Source of the DNA: Octopus bimaculoides
Lineage: Eukaryota
NCBI RefSeq assembly: GCF_001194135.2
Contig: NC_068994.1
Location: 47,100,639-47,135,126, forward strand
DNA: 34,488 nucleotides
Direction: 5' to 3'
The translations under genes and the position numbers were made by a program. The notes under the pieces were generated by a model that did no database searches, was not told where the DNA came from, and was given only the letters and a program-made list of their open reading frames with translations. Position 1 is the stretch's first letter. Each line of letters opens with the position of its first letter. Of the stretch, positions 23,208 to 33,851 are shown in pieces.

Positions 23208-23766
23208 CTGGAAAGCGAAAACGAAATAGTTCTTAGAAACGTAACAAAATCAAGTGTCAGTCTTTGACAAGAAGAAATTCTTGTATAGAATTTGACAAAA
23301 AATTACATGTTCTAAAGCCTGAACACAACAAAGACCAAATGCCATCAAAGAAGTGGTCATGTTCACTAGGTAGGGAACGCAAGTGAAGACTTGATACTGT
23401 GTTCCCACAGGAAATAATTGGTGCTCAGAATATATAACACCTTGAATAGGATATGAACAGGGCATCATAAATAAACACATTGGCAGAATAGAAAAACAGA
23501 ATACCAGAACAAAAGAATAAAGGGATATCAAAATACACAAATTAAAATAGTAAAATGTCTGAATATACAAAATAGAAGAATGGGATACAAAAATATCGGG
23601 TACAGAGGATAAAAGTGTTGAAACTCTGCATAATATGGAAGTTACAAGAACAGTTGCATACGGTTGACATATGGTTTCCGATGACAAACAGAAAAGATCA
23701 AATCATTTAATACCAAGTAATATCTGGGTTTTGAAGGACAACAAATTAAACCAAAAGTCCACTTAC

Positions 23767-23952
23767 CACAGATTGGTCTGCTGTGAAATTCATTCCGCTC
23801 CACATTCGGCTACCCAGTTGTCCACCTATCAGGGTAATGTTTGGTAAGACACCATTCACAATAAACCGTAGTAATTCCCCTCCAGGGATAAATTCAAGTG
23901 ACTGCAGTCCAAACGGGGTCAGTTTTAGTACAGACATTAGCAAACCAGTTAC
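23767..23952 (-). CDS. SGCB: Beta-sarcoglycan exon VTGLLMSVLKLTPFGLQSLEFIPGGELLRFIVNGVLPNITLIGGQLGSRMWSGMNFTADQSV
   Basis: ttgcAG / GTAAGT, 186 nt, phase 0/0. Aligns to human IGPNGCDSMEFHESGLLRF. Confidence 0.93.
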
Positions 23953-23959
23953 CTGCAAT

Positions 23960-24280
23960 ACAGTACAGTGATTAGAACTGACACATGGAGTATAGTGGTC
24001 AATATAGCTGTCACCTACAGTATAGTGGTCAGCCAGTTATCATATATGGTACAGTAGTTAATACAGCTATCATTAACAGCAAATTGGTCAATACAGTGCT
24101 TCCATATAATACATGCATCATGACTTCCATATTATACATGCATCATGACTGCGTAGAAGTCAACTCAGCTGTCACCTACAATATAGTGATTGACACAATT
24201 GTCACATAAAGTACATCTGTCACAAAGTACATCTGTTACAAGTACAGCTGTTACAAGTATAGCTGTATCAATATAGCTGT
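23960..24280. repeat. Degenerate short-unit tandem repeat next to an SGCB acceptor
   Basis: Recurring AGTAYAGCTGT, CTGTCAC and TTCCATATWATACATGCATCATGAC units. Confidence 0.7.
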
Positions 24281-24368
24281 TTTCTGTAGCAGAATGCTTA
24301 AAAGAACTGTCATGAAATATTTGTTAGAAAAATCAAAGTTAGTGAGATATGTATATATATATATATAT

Positions 24369-24584
24369 ATTATGTGGAGAATGGAGAAACAAATACAAGA
24401 AGCAAGTCGATTGGGCTAGTTAGCCATTAATTTAATTATGTGGAGATTATATAATGAGTCATTTACGATCGTTTCAATGTGCCAAATAGTCTGGCAGATC
24501 TCTTCAGAATGTTGAGAAGTATGTTAGAGTTCATGGTGTGAGAGATGCTTCTTCTTGTATTTGTTTCTTCATTCTGCACATAAT
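24369..24584. mobile_element. MITE with 34-bp TIRs in an SGCB intron
   Basis: 24369-24402 versus the reverse complement of 24551-24584 shows 2 mismatches; inserted in a TA-rich tract. Confidence 0.7.
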
Positions 24585-24764
24585 TATACTTATAAACTGC
24601 GGTTTAAGCAATAAATTACCTGCCTCTGGATACCTTCTAACGAAGACGGTACCCACACAAGTAATTCCCAGGAGTGCCTTCGGATTTAACTATCCCCTGG
24701 TTGCTTAGATACTTCAGACTACCCCTGAAATATTGAAGCAATCCTATCATTTACCTATATATAT

Positions 24765-24993
24765 CATCATCATCATCATCATCGTTTAACGTCCGCTTTC
24801 CATGCTAGCATGGGTTGGACGATTTGACTGAGGACTGGTGAAACTGGATGGCAACACCAGGCTCCAATCTAAATTTGGCAGAGTTTCTACAGCTGGATGC
24901 CCTTCCTAACGCCAACCACTCAGAGAGTGTAGTAGGTGCTTTTACGTGTCACCCGCACGAAGGCCAGTCAGGCGATACTGGCAACGGCCACGC
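24765..24993 (-). mobile_element. (GAT)n-tailed retroposon (family C)
   Basis: Reverse complement of 1605-1772 plus additional 5' sequence. Confidence 0.85.
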
Positions 24994-25233
24994 TCCTACA
25001 CTTCCACAACCTATTTCCATATATATATATATATTTATTTATTTATTATTCAAAGAAATTCCAACTCTGTTTTTCCAGAACTTCCACCACAAGTCACTTG
25101 AGATTTGGGAATTTTGATTTTATATATATGTGCATGGATATACCTACACATGGCTATGAATTGCCTTTTAAATATTCTGCCAAGAAGCCAAATTCTTAGT
25201 ATTCCCATGAAGAGGTTAACTCTGACAACTTAC

Positions 25234-25437
25234 CACTATGTTGGCAATAGCAACCAACAGAAGGAAGGCAACAACGCAGTAGAGAACTTTCTTCTTGGAA
25301 CCCCTTATACCAGTTTTGTGCAAGTATTCTTCATTGATAGGGATGAAGCCTGCTCGGAAATTTGTACGATGTTCATGATTGTTATGTTTCCTCTGGGCCT
25401 TGTCCCGCATACTCAGCTGTTGGTTCGTTGCATGGTT
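25234..25437 (-). CDS. SGCB: Beta-sarcoglycan exon: cytoplasmic tail and transmembrane helix, NHATNQQLSMRDKAQRKHNNHEHRTNFRAGFIPINEEYLHKTGIRGSKKKVLYCVVAFLLLVAIANIV
   Basis: Acceptor ttttattctacAG, donor GTAAGT, 204 nt. Matches recalled human SMREKA...NFKAGYIPIDEDRLHKTGLRG followed by the TM segment. Confidence 0.95.
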
Positions 25438-26851
25438 CTGTAGAATAAAAAAACAACAACCAAATGAGAACATTTCAGCAATAGTTTGTAGGGTGGAGGT
25501 GCAGGAGATTACCTGCCATCTTGTTGGGACCTCTTAAGTGGCAGATAAAGAAATTATTTATGAAACGCATTTCTTTTAAAAGCTCAAGATGAGGTTAATT
25601 GGTAGGGCTGGTTTAGGCCCTGCCAATTATTCAAGAAGTCCATTTGAAGTTTTTGAAGGAAACCATTTATTTGTACATAAACATTACACTGATTACAATA
25701 GTTACTTGCTGGAGGCTGTATCACTGATTACCAATAGTGAATTATGTATGCATGCTAGCTAAAAAGGATAGCTACATTTTCATGCTGTGAGAAGCAGAAA
25801 AGTTCTGTTTATTGTAGACAAACCATTCTGTTTAGTCCTTTGTCGAGCAGCGACCAAGAAACCTCAATTATGACGTGCATCTTTATTTATAACCATGACT
25901 GGAGGGAAAATCGAGGAAAATTTCAGTGTGCGTACAATTGCAAAGGAAATAGTATTGGCCACGATCCAGGACAAGTCACCTGATATGCTGCTGCCCGTTT
26001 ATCATAATTGAGCTAACAGTTTCAAATTTAAACCCTGCAACAAGTGCTGCTGACATGAGAATGAAATAACATATCATAGATACAGGGGTGGGATTTGAAC
26101 TCAGAATTCCACTTTTACTCTACAGTATGTTTTTATCCTAGGAAAATCTTAACGTTAAAAAAAAAAAACTAAATGTTATTTCAGTGAAATAAAGTAAAAT
26201 TAAGGAAACGTGTTTTTACTGAGCAGAAGTCAACTTGCCATTGTCATTTAACAAACACGGCAGTGACAGTAAACAAGAGTTCTACAACAGAGCGATTTTT
26301 GTTCGGTTTCATTTTTCCTCTTCTTTCAGTATCATTTATTTTCCTTCTGCTCTTTTATAAATGTAGACATGTTAAACAATTATTTTTAACAATGTTCAAG
26401 TAACTTCTAAACTTCGCGTGATTGTTTTCCTTCCTTCCTTAATAAAAACGACTTGGACTTGCCCTCACACTGATCTGTATTTATACTACCTAGATTTACA
26501 GATTCGTAAATCGGTTAAAATAACAACCCCTAACTGCAGCGTTAAACTTAAACAGAGCCAACGAAAGCAAACAAGATATAAATATTGTCGAAGATTAGGT
26601 CATAGTATTCGCATTTGCGATATTCCATAATGTCTTTAAATTCCTGTTTAGGAACTTCCTTTAACTGCAGTTAGATTCAAATGATAAAAAAAAAAAAAGC
26701 CATAATAAATGGGGAAATTGCAAGTAAAAGATGCTAAATGTCTCAAACGACTAACAGAAGAGAACACATCAAACAATATTATCCTAAATGAGCAATGAAT
26801 AAATTAAAGCTAGAGTGGTTACTGCTAGAATGCTTTTGGTTGTAAGCTTAC

Positions 26852-26911
26852 TTCAGGAATGACGTAGAGCTCAACAACAACGAACATTTGAACACAGCAA
26901 ATGTTTATATA
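26852..26911 (-). CDS. Candidate exon YINICCVQMFVVVELYVIPE (internal ATG at 26887 could also be a start)
   Basis: Poly-T tract with AG acceptors giving exon starts at 26913 or 26911; GAA|GTAAGC donor; phase 0, compatible with the SGCB exon starting at 25437. Confidence 0.35.
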
Positions 26912-27786
26912 CTCTTATAATTGATAATCAACAAAAAAAAAAGAAATTATTTATGAAACGCATTTCTTTTAAAAGCTCAAAATGGGGTTAAATGTCGTGA
27001 ACATGCGCTTGTGTATGCAACCACATTATTCAAGATTGTTTACATTTTTATAGGAAGCTTCACACGATTGACATTAGCGGGTTAAGAGGGAGAGATGAGT
27101 AAATCTTGATGAATTGTTGAATAACAATTAAACATGTTAGTTTATTTTTATCTTCGTCTTCTTGAAAAGGCCTTCGTGAGGCTAATTTCACAAGACCAAA
27201 TACATACGGGTATGTGTCAATTATGAACTAACAGGATGCCAAAACAATTTTTTTTAACAATTGTTCTTTCGGGTGACTATTTTAATCAAAACTAACGGAC
27301 CCCGTGTCGAATTCTGTTTCATAAACGTTCTTATCTCTATTCTGATGCATAAATTTGTAAATCTTCAAAAAGATTTCGAGAGCGAGTTTCGGAATAGCTA
27401 TAACTAACCTCATAAAGAATGAAAAAGGGCGGGGGTAAGTTGATGTTTAAAAAAAAATTGAAATTCTAAGACATTTAATTTCTAAACATATAACTCTTTC
27501 AGAATCGTAATTCTTGCTGTATGAAAAACAGGGATACTGAAACAATGAAGGAAAAACTACCCAATTCCTTGCCCCCTTTTCTTTCCCCATGAGGTAGCGA
27601 CAGCCATTCAAAAACTACCAATTCGATTTTGCTATCGATTTCTCCTCACAGTTAAATTTGTTTGTAACCTAACACTCGAACGAGCATTGTAAGAAGAAGA
27701 ATATTAGAGCTAGCAATCAGGTAATCATCAAAATTCTGCTACCATGATCTAAAACAAAAATTCCTAAGAAACTGTATATTGATTTT

Positions 27787-27845
27787 GTAGGGATTCGAAC
27801 CCCAACCACAAGATATTCTGTTAGAGATCACGAGTGAGCCACCAC
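27787..27845 (-). pseudogene. Degenerate tRNA-like sequence (tRNA pseudogene or SINE head)
   Basis: A-box-like GTGGCTCACTCG, perfect B box GGTTCGAATCCC with a 5-bp T stem; D and anticodon arms do not fold. Confidence 0.4.
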
Positions 27846-29042
27846 AATTTCACGTGATTGATCCATAAATCGACCAATCAGTGCGAAGCTGGGACGTGAT
27901 CTAATATTCGCTCTAGAAAAACCGTTTGGCGTATAACTCAGCCAGACGGTCTTGGATATTAGTATAGACCAGATTACGTCGAGCAAGGAACGACTTTGGA
28001 CACTCGCACATGATGTACCACAGCTAGCATTCTATAAGAAACAGCGCGGTTATCTCCTCCCAGTCGGCAATTATATTATCAGCATCTTTCTTTTCTAAAC
28101 AGCCAACGCAGTAAATTATGTCCAGCAATATATTTAAAGTTATTGAGTTGCTTCATTTATTATACATGCAGCCAGCTACAACACACAACAATGGTCTTCA
28201 ACCAACATTCACATCAACAGGCAACCACCACAACAATGGCAAACAATCCACTTCGCGGCAATTTTTTTTATGTATCTGAATGATTGGAAAATTTTATCTT
28301 CGAATCCAAATTAGCAATTGTTGTATAACTTCAAAGTTCTTGATGATTAACAAACAATACATTCAAATATTTATAACATAAACTTCTCCCAATAAAAGTA
28401 TCGGGCAACCTTGAAATCCCTTGAGAAATCTGATGATCAGCAATGCATTTAAATATTTATAACATAAACTTCTCTCAATATATATATAAAAAAAGGTTGA
28501 ACGCTTTTTGTTTTCTAGACCTCAACATTTTATAATAAAACATGTAAACTTCCCAAGAGATATCGCATCAAACTTTCTAACACCTACAAATTCTCTTTGC
28601 GTCTTATTTCTATTGTTGCCGACACACATTCATTCTAATGCATCCCGTTGAAACCATCTCGTCTTTTTCTTCATAGATGTAGTGTATCGATTATCACAGT
28701 ATCTAATGTCCTGTCCCTTGAAAATAGAAAAACTTAAACTATTTGTCTACGATTTCTACAAGCTCAAGATACCTTCCCTGACTTATTACTAACCATTAAT
28801 AATGCAGAGTATATTCCACACAAACACCACCTTTCGTTAAATTAGGGTTATAACAGTTGACTTCAACTCCATTTCCGATCACGTGTAAATTTATTATGCG
28901 TGTAGATCCCCATTTCAGCCAATCAGAACTTTTTTGTTCACATGACAAGTTCTAGAATTTTCTTTCAACGAAGGCATTAAATAGAGGCTTTTTGCGCGAG
29001 AAAACAGTGAATTCGGATTTCGTCGAATTCAGTCCCAGATGA

Positions 29043-29848
29043 GGATTTCCTTATGTTGTTTCCCCGCAGAGAAGTACAAGTGGAAGAAATAGAGGTCTGT
29101 GAAGAGGAGATGGTGGAAGGCGAACAAGAGGAGGTGGAGTGCGAGAAAATTTCTCAAGAAACAGATAGAAAGCGTATGCGGACAGAATCGCCGCCAAAGA
29201 ACCTCCAAAAAAAGAAAGGGGGGAAAAAAACCGTTAGAGAATTGGACGTTTAAGATGATTACCATGCTTTCCCTGATGAGAAGGTTACAATTTTAATATC
29301 AAAGATCCCTATGGATCACANNNNNNNNNNGATAGACCAGCAGAAAAGAGCAAGGATGGAAGGAAAGGTAATTGGAAGAGTCGATTATAAAAATATCATA
29401 ACAGTGATTTTTTTTTACAAGGATTTAGAGTTGGAAAAGACTATTGTAAGAATAAAAGGATTAGTAAGACTTAAACTGGACCCTGAAACGTTTGAAGAAA
29501 AAAAGAAAGCTATATTGGTGGAAGAGCATGTGATGCAGAGACTGCAACAGATACACACGGACAAGTTTCAAATAAGTGGATTATACGGGGGCTACGACAC
29601 CCTGCCAAGTGTAGTAACGGCAGAGGAGCTGTGGCCACTTACAATTGTTAAAGAAAAAAAATGATCATAAACTGTATGACAGAACTGTTAAATGAAACTG
29701 CGAGTTTTGGGGGACTCGTAAGCCATTTCATCACCTCATTGTAAGTAATTCATCATTCATTCTTTGTACCCCACGTGCTGTATTGTTTTGTCTGTCCTTG
29801 TAGTGTCCCCCCTCTGTGTAGTGGCCGTAGTGCCAAAATAAAGATATG
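29043..29848 (+). mobile_element. Unclassified 806-bp segment with a disrupted ORF (29053-29664), flanked by exact 18-bp direct repeats
   Basis: GAATTCAGTCCCAGATGA at 29025-29042 and 29849-29866. Single reading frame with an in-frame TAA at 29251-29253 and a 10-N gap. AATAAA at 29837-29842. Confidence 0.6.
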
Positions 29849-31467
29849 GAATTCAGTCCCAGATGAATTCCTCTCAGTAATAGCTGTTTCTACGGCTTCA
29901 TACTTAAACCAGCGCAATACTCCCAATAGCTGTTTTTTTATGGCTACATACACAACCCGGAGATGGATGACGAATCAACGCAGCCATACGTAATTGCAGC
30001 GATGTGAAAAACCAGTCTAATCGTCAATTGTCTGTTGAAAATCTTCAGCACCTGTAAAACACGATGTTCATATAAGACTAATTCTCTCTGTATTGCATGA
30101 CGTCTTGTGATAACGTAGCAATAAATTCTGTGTATAAACTGACACCAAGTCTTTGTTATAATTAACGCTACAGGGTGGATGATTACCTAAACGCAGATTT
30201 CATAATTCTGGAAAATTTCATTTTTGTTTTAAAACATAATTAAATTCCAGAAGGGAAAGAGTGGAATAATCCTAAAAAATATGTTTTTCAACATAATTGT
30301 AATCTACATCAAAAAGCGTAGAAGGAAACAAATTCGAGGTGTGCGAAATATCAGCATAATAGTAATGTACAACATCAAAACATGAGAAAACAAAGTCGAA
30401 CGTGTGTATGCCATTTTAATTGTTCTAATAAGAGCTACCCTTCGGAGATGGTATCAACAGAAACTATTTGTTCGGCAATTTCCGTAATTTTTTAAAATTA
30501 TTTCTTATTTTGTACTTCCTTATGTACTTTGTACTTCTATATGTAAACCATGTTGGCAAAATAACATAGTCTGCCATGGACACCTGTGCTTTGGTTCTTT
30601 CTTTCTTTTTCTTTTCTTCCTTTCTTTTGTCACTTTTACTATGAATTAAATTAATGAATTCAACGGGATACACCGTCTGCAAGTAGTTGGGTTCAGCATA
30701 TTATCCTCCATTTTCTAATTGTTATACATATATATATATATATATATTTATATATGTTTCCAGTTGACACACAGACGTATAAGCACATGCCTTCGAAACG
30801 CGGAGTAGATGGAACAGGGACAACTGACGAAGGGATATACTCTTTATGTTGCACGTCTCGTTTCTCAGTTTGTTTTTTTCGTTGTTCGAAAAAAAGTTCG
30901 TTTTCTGTTTTCGTTTCTCGTTGTGTTTAACGTTTTTTTTTTTTTTATGTCCTGTACCCATATATGCATGTATGTATACATATAGATGTAGGTATGTACA
31001 TATATGTATGGATATATCTATATATTATTTATATTATACATATACTTACACGAAAATGCATAAACGTAAGTGATTCGTGAAAACGTGTGTATTTATGTAT
31101 GTATATATGAGTGTGTGTGTGTGTGCGAGGATGTGTTCGAGTGTTTCATTGTTTGAACTCGCTCGTGGACATGAAAGACAATGGGTGTACGTGTGTGTGC
31201 GACCATGTTTTTCAAATTTCAGCTGAAAATATTGCAAAAATTGCTGAAGAAATAGTTTCTAGTGATATCATATTCGAAAGATAACCTTAAAAGAAGCAAT
31301 CTCGACAGTGAATGTTGTTACTTTCCATGAGATTAAATTTATCTCATTGAATGACAAAACGCATGTGATTGGGTATACCCAATCTATAGTTTTCTAAGTG
31401 ACAAAAGTAATTTCCATAGTTACTTTTCTGGAACAGACAACAAAAACCTAAATCATTCTATCGTACC

Positions 31468-31499
<32 letters not shown>

Positions 31500-31712
31500 T
31501 ACATACTTTGTTAATATCACAAACAAAAACTTTGCAGAAGTACATTTTTCGAGGATGTAGATCACGATTATGTTGACAAAATTCAGGAAAAAGAGAATGA
31601 AAATTTTGAAAGAGTTTCGAATCATTCTTTCTCCCCGCAACTTTGCTACCATAAATTTCCGTAACTTAGGCGTTTTTTCTTTTACTTTTTCCTTTGTCAG
31701 TATTATGCTTAA

Positions 31713-31933
31713 CCCTTTAGTGTTCACATTATTCTGCCATAATTAATGCTTTTTTATCCACATTGTTTTGAATTAATCATGCATTATCTCGTAGCTATGA
31801 GATTTTGATGAGGTAGCTGTTAATTTTTAAAACGATATTGTAGGGTTGGTGTGAGAGACCAGATCTGGCCAGTTTGAACATAGAATAGGCAGAATACTTT
31901 TGGCCGGATATGGCTGGTTTAAATGCTAAAGGG
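31713..31933 (+). mobile_element. piggyBac-type MITE, family 1
   Basis: TTAA-CCCTTTAG...CTAAAGGG-TTAA. Confidence 0.85.
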
Positions 31934-32054
31934 TTAAACGTCAATATTACGTAATCTTACACCCTCGAAAACTTATCTTTAAAAAATTTNNNNNNNNNNN
32001 NNNNNNNNNNNNNNNNNNNNNNNNNNNNNNNNNNNNNNNNNNNNNNNNNNNNNN

Positions 32055-32378
32055 ACCGCCTTTAGTCGGACAAATCGATCCCAGGACTTATTCTTTGTAA
32101 GCCGAGTACTTGTTCTATTGATCTCTTTTGTCGAACCGCTAGATGCGGGGATGTAAACACACCAACATCGGTTGCCAAGCGATGGTGGTGGTGGGTGGAC
32201 AAACTCTGACACATACATACACATACATATCCATATACACAATTTCCGTCTACCAAATCCACTTACAAGTCTTTAGTCGGCCCGTGGCTATAGTAGAAGA
32301 CACTTGCCCAAGATACCACGCACTGAAACTGAACCCGGAATCATGTTGTTGGGAAGCAAGCTTCTTACCACACAGTCA
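32055..32378 (-). mobile_element. tRNA-derived SINE (family A), near full length
   Basis: Contains both the head (as at 2713-2864) and the 3' part (as at 1392-1604). Confidence 0.8.
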
Positions 32379-32468
32379 CTTCTATATATATTTATAATTC
32401 TTATTCATTTTGATCGGCAGAAGTTATAAGGTGACCCAAGGGCTGAGAGTCTCGTGCATGGTACTTAC

Positions 32469-32528
32469 CAAATCTGAAACTAGTTTGATGTCATACACGA
32501 AACTATCGGCTGTTGAGTCACTTTGCAG
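32469..32528 (-). CDS. Candidate internal exon LQSDSTADSFVYDIKLVSDL
   Basis: tttctaatcgtctgaAG acceptor, TTG|GTAAGT donor, 60 nt, open in phase 0/0. No homology recognised. Confidence 0.5.
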
Positions 32529-33764
32529 CTTCAGACGATTAGAAATATTAATAATAATCTTTTCTAAAATAGGCACAAAGCCTGAAATTTCAAGGGAGGG
32601 GTCTAGTCGATTACATCGACTCTTGTGCTTGACTGGTACTTATTTTATCAACCCAATAGGATGAAAGGCAAAGCCCACCTCGGCGAGATATGAACTCAGA
32701 ATATTAAGACGGATAAAATGCTACCAAGCATTTTGCTCAGCGAGCTAACGATTCTGCCAGAGTTTTATTTACCCTACTTCTCTCAAGTGTAAAGAATATG
32801 TATATATCACATTTACGTATTTATTTGTTTTGCGAATATTTTTATTTCCTGGTGTGAAATCGTGCGTTGAAACTGATATCGTTATATTTCGGGATGGTCT
32901 TTTTTCTTTTTCTTTTTCTTTTTTTTTTGCCACATAAACGAACATGTATGTTAATTTGACAAGGAAAAAATGACCGTCTCGAAATATAACAACATAAATG
33001 TATTAGAAAATAATACTAGAAGATTAATGATGGTCTGTATCAGTTGAAAATGTGTTTAGTGTTAAGTTCTGGAAGTGGCACAAGAAGTAAGTGTGAAGTT
33101 TCAACACATGCGAACTTAAGAAACTTTAAACTTTACCTACACGCTGACATAGTTTTCAATTTCCGCAGTCGAGATAACATCAAAAATACTTTGGTTAGTG
33201 TTTTAAGAAGATTTGGATAGTGAGAAGAAGAAAAAAAAACATTTGCTGGTGTAAAAGAAAAAGCTTCTATTCAGTATCACAAATGAATGACATGAGATAT
33301 AGCCACTTGTCAATTCTTGTTTATCTTTATATATTATATCGTTGACATGAATTTTAGTACCTGTAGCTAAAATGTTAACCAAGAAATTCTTCAGTTGGTT
33401 AAATTAATAAAATTAAAAACGAAAGTAGCTTTTTTTTTTTTTTTTTTTTTAACGAAACCGAGTGATTCTACAAGAGTCACAAACGTCTGTATTGTGATTG
33501 ACATAAAGAAAACAAAAATTTTGGCAACAAAATATTGGTGGTTAGGTAGCAGGAGTTTGAATGTTCGAGGCATGCAACTTCTGCGAGTGAATGGTACGGT
33601 CGGTAGAAACCAAAATACGATTTTCAATCTGGCTTCTAGACGGCTTAAAAGATTGATACAATGGCTTTTGGCTGCAGTTTAATTAGAAAAATGAAAGAAG
33701 GAAAGAGAATTGATGCAGAATTTTAGATGTTTAGAGAAGAAAACAATTCCATAAAAGTTCTTAC

Positions 33765-33779
33765 CCGACGTGACGCCAT
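33765..33779 (-). CDS. Candidate first coding exon MASRR (SGCB 5' end or a separate gene)
   Basis: AAG-ATG-GCG start context (YY1-like motif), CGG|GTAAGA donor, CCAAT box about 40 nt upstream, CpG-rich patch. Confidence 0.5.
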
Positions 33780-33851
33780 CTTCGTGAAGTGTCAGGAAAT
33801 AACAGAATCCTTCTCTCTGATTGGCTGGAGCTAAAATGGATGAATGTGAGT
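33765..33851. promoter_or_regulatory. Putative core promoter patch with YY1-like GCCATCTT and CCAAT box (ATTGG 33820-33824)
   Basis: Motif matches read from sequence in a locally CpG-rich patch; not functionally verified. Confidence 0.4.

Noticed and set aside
25895-26011. Plus-strand small ORF MTGGKIEENFSVRTIAKEIVLATIQDKSPDMLLPVYHN with an AKAP-like amphipathic look
   Set aside because: Only 38 aa, with no homology, promoter or splice support; expected by chance.
25977-26034. Possible minus-strand terminal exon (ttgcAG) giving ...ELYVIPE-GLNLKLLAQL*, with faint similarity to the SPATA1 N-terminus
   Set aside because: The match is short, stops immediately and lacks the downstream conserved SPATA1 motifs.
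27151-27230. Plus-strand pseudo-exon AFVRLISQDQIHT (AAG / G|GTATGT)
   Set aside because: Isolated, with no partner exons or recognisable protein.
29952-29987. Minus-strand MAALIRHPSPGC|GTATGT as an alternative SGCB first exon
   Set aside because: Phase-compatible, but weak start context, a weak -1 donor base and no homology; less convincing than the other candidates.
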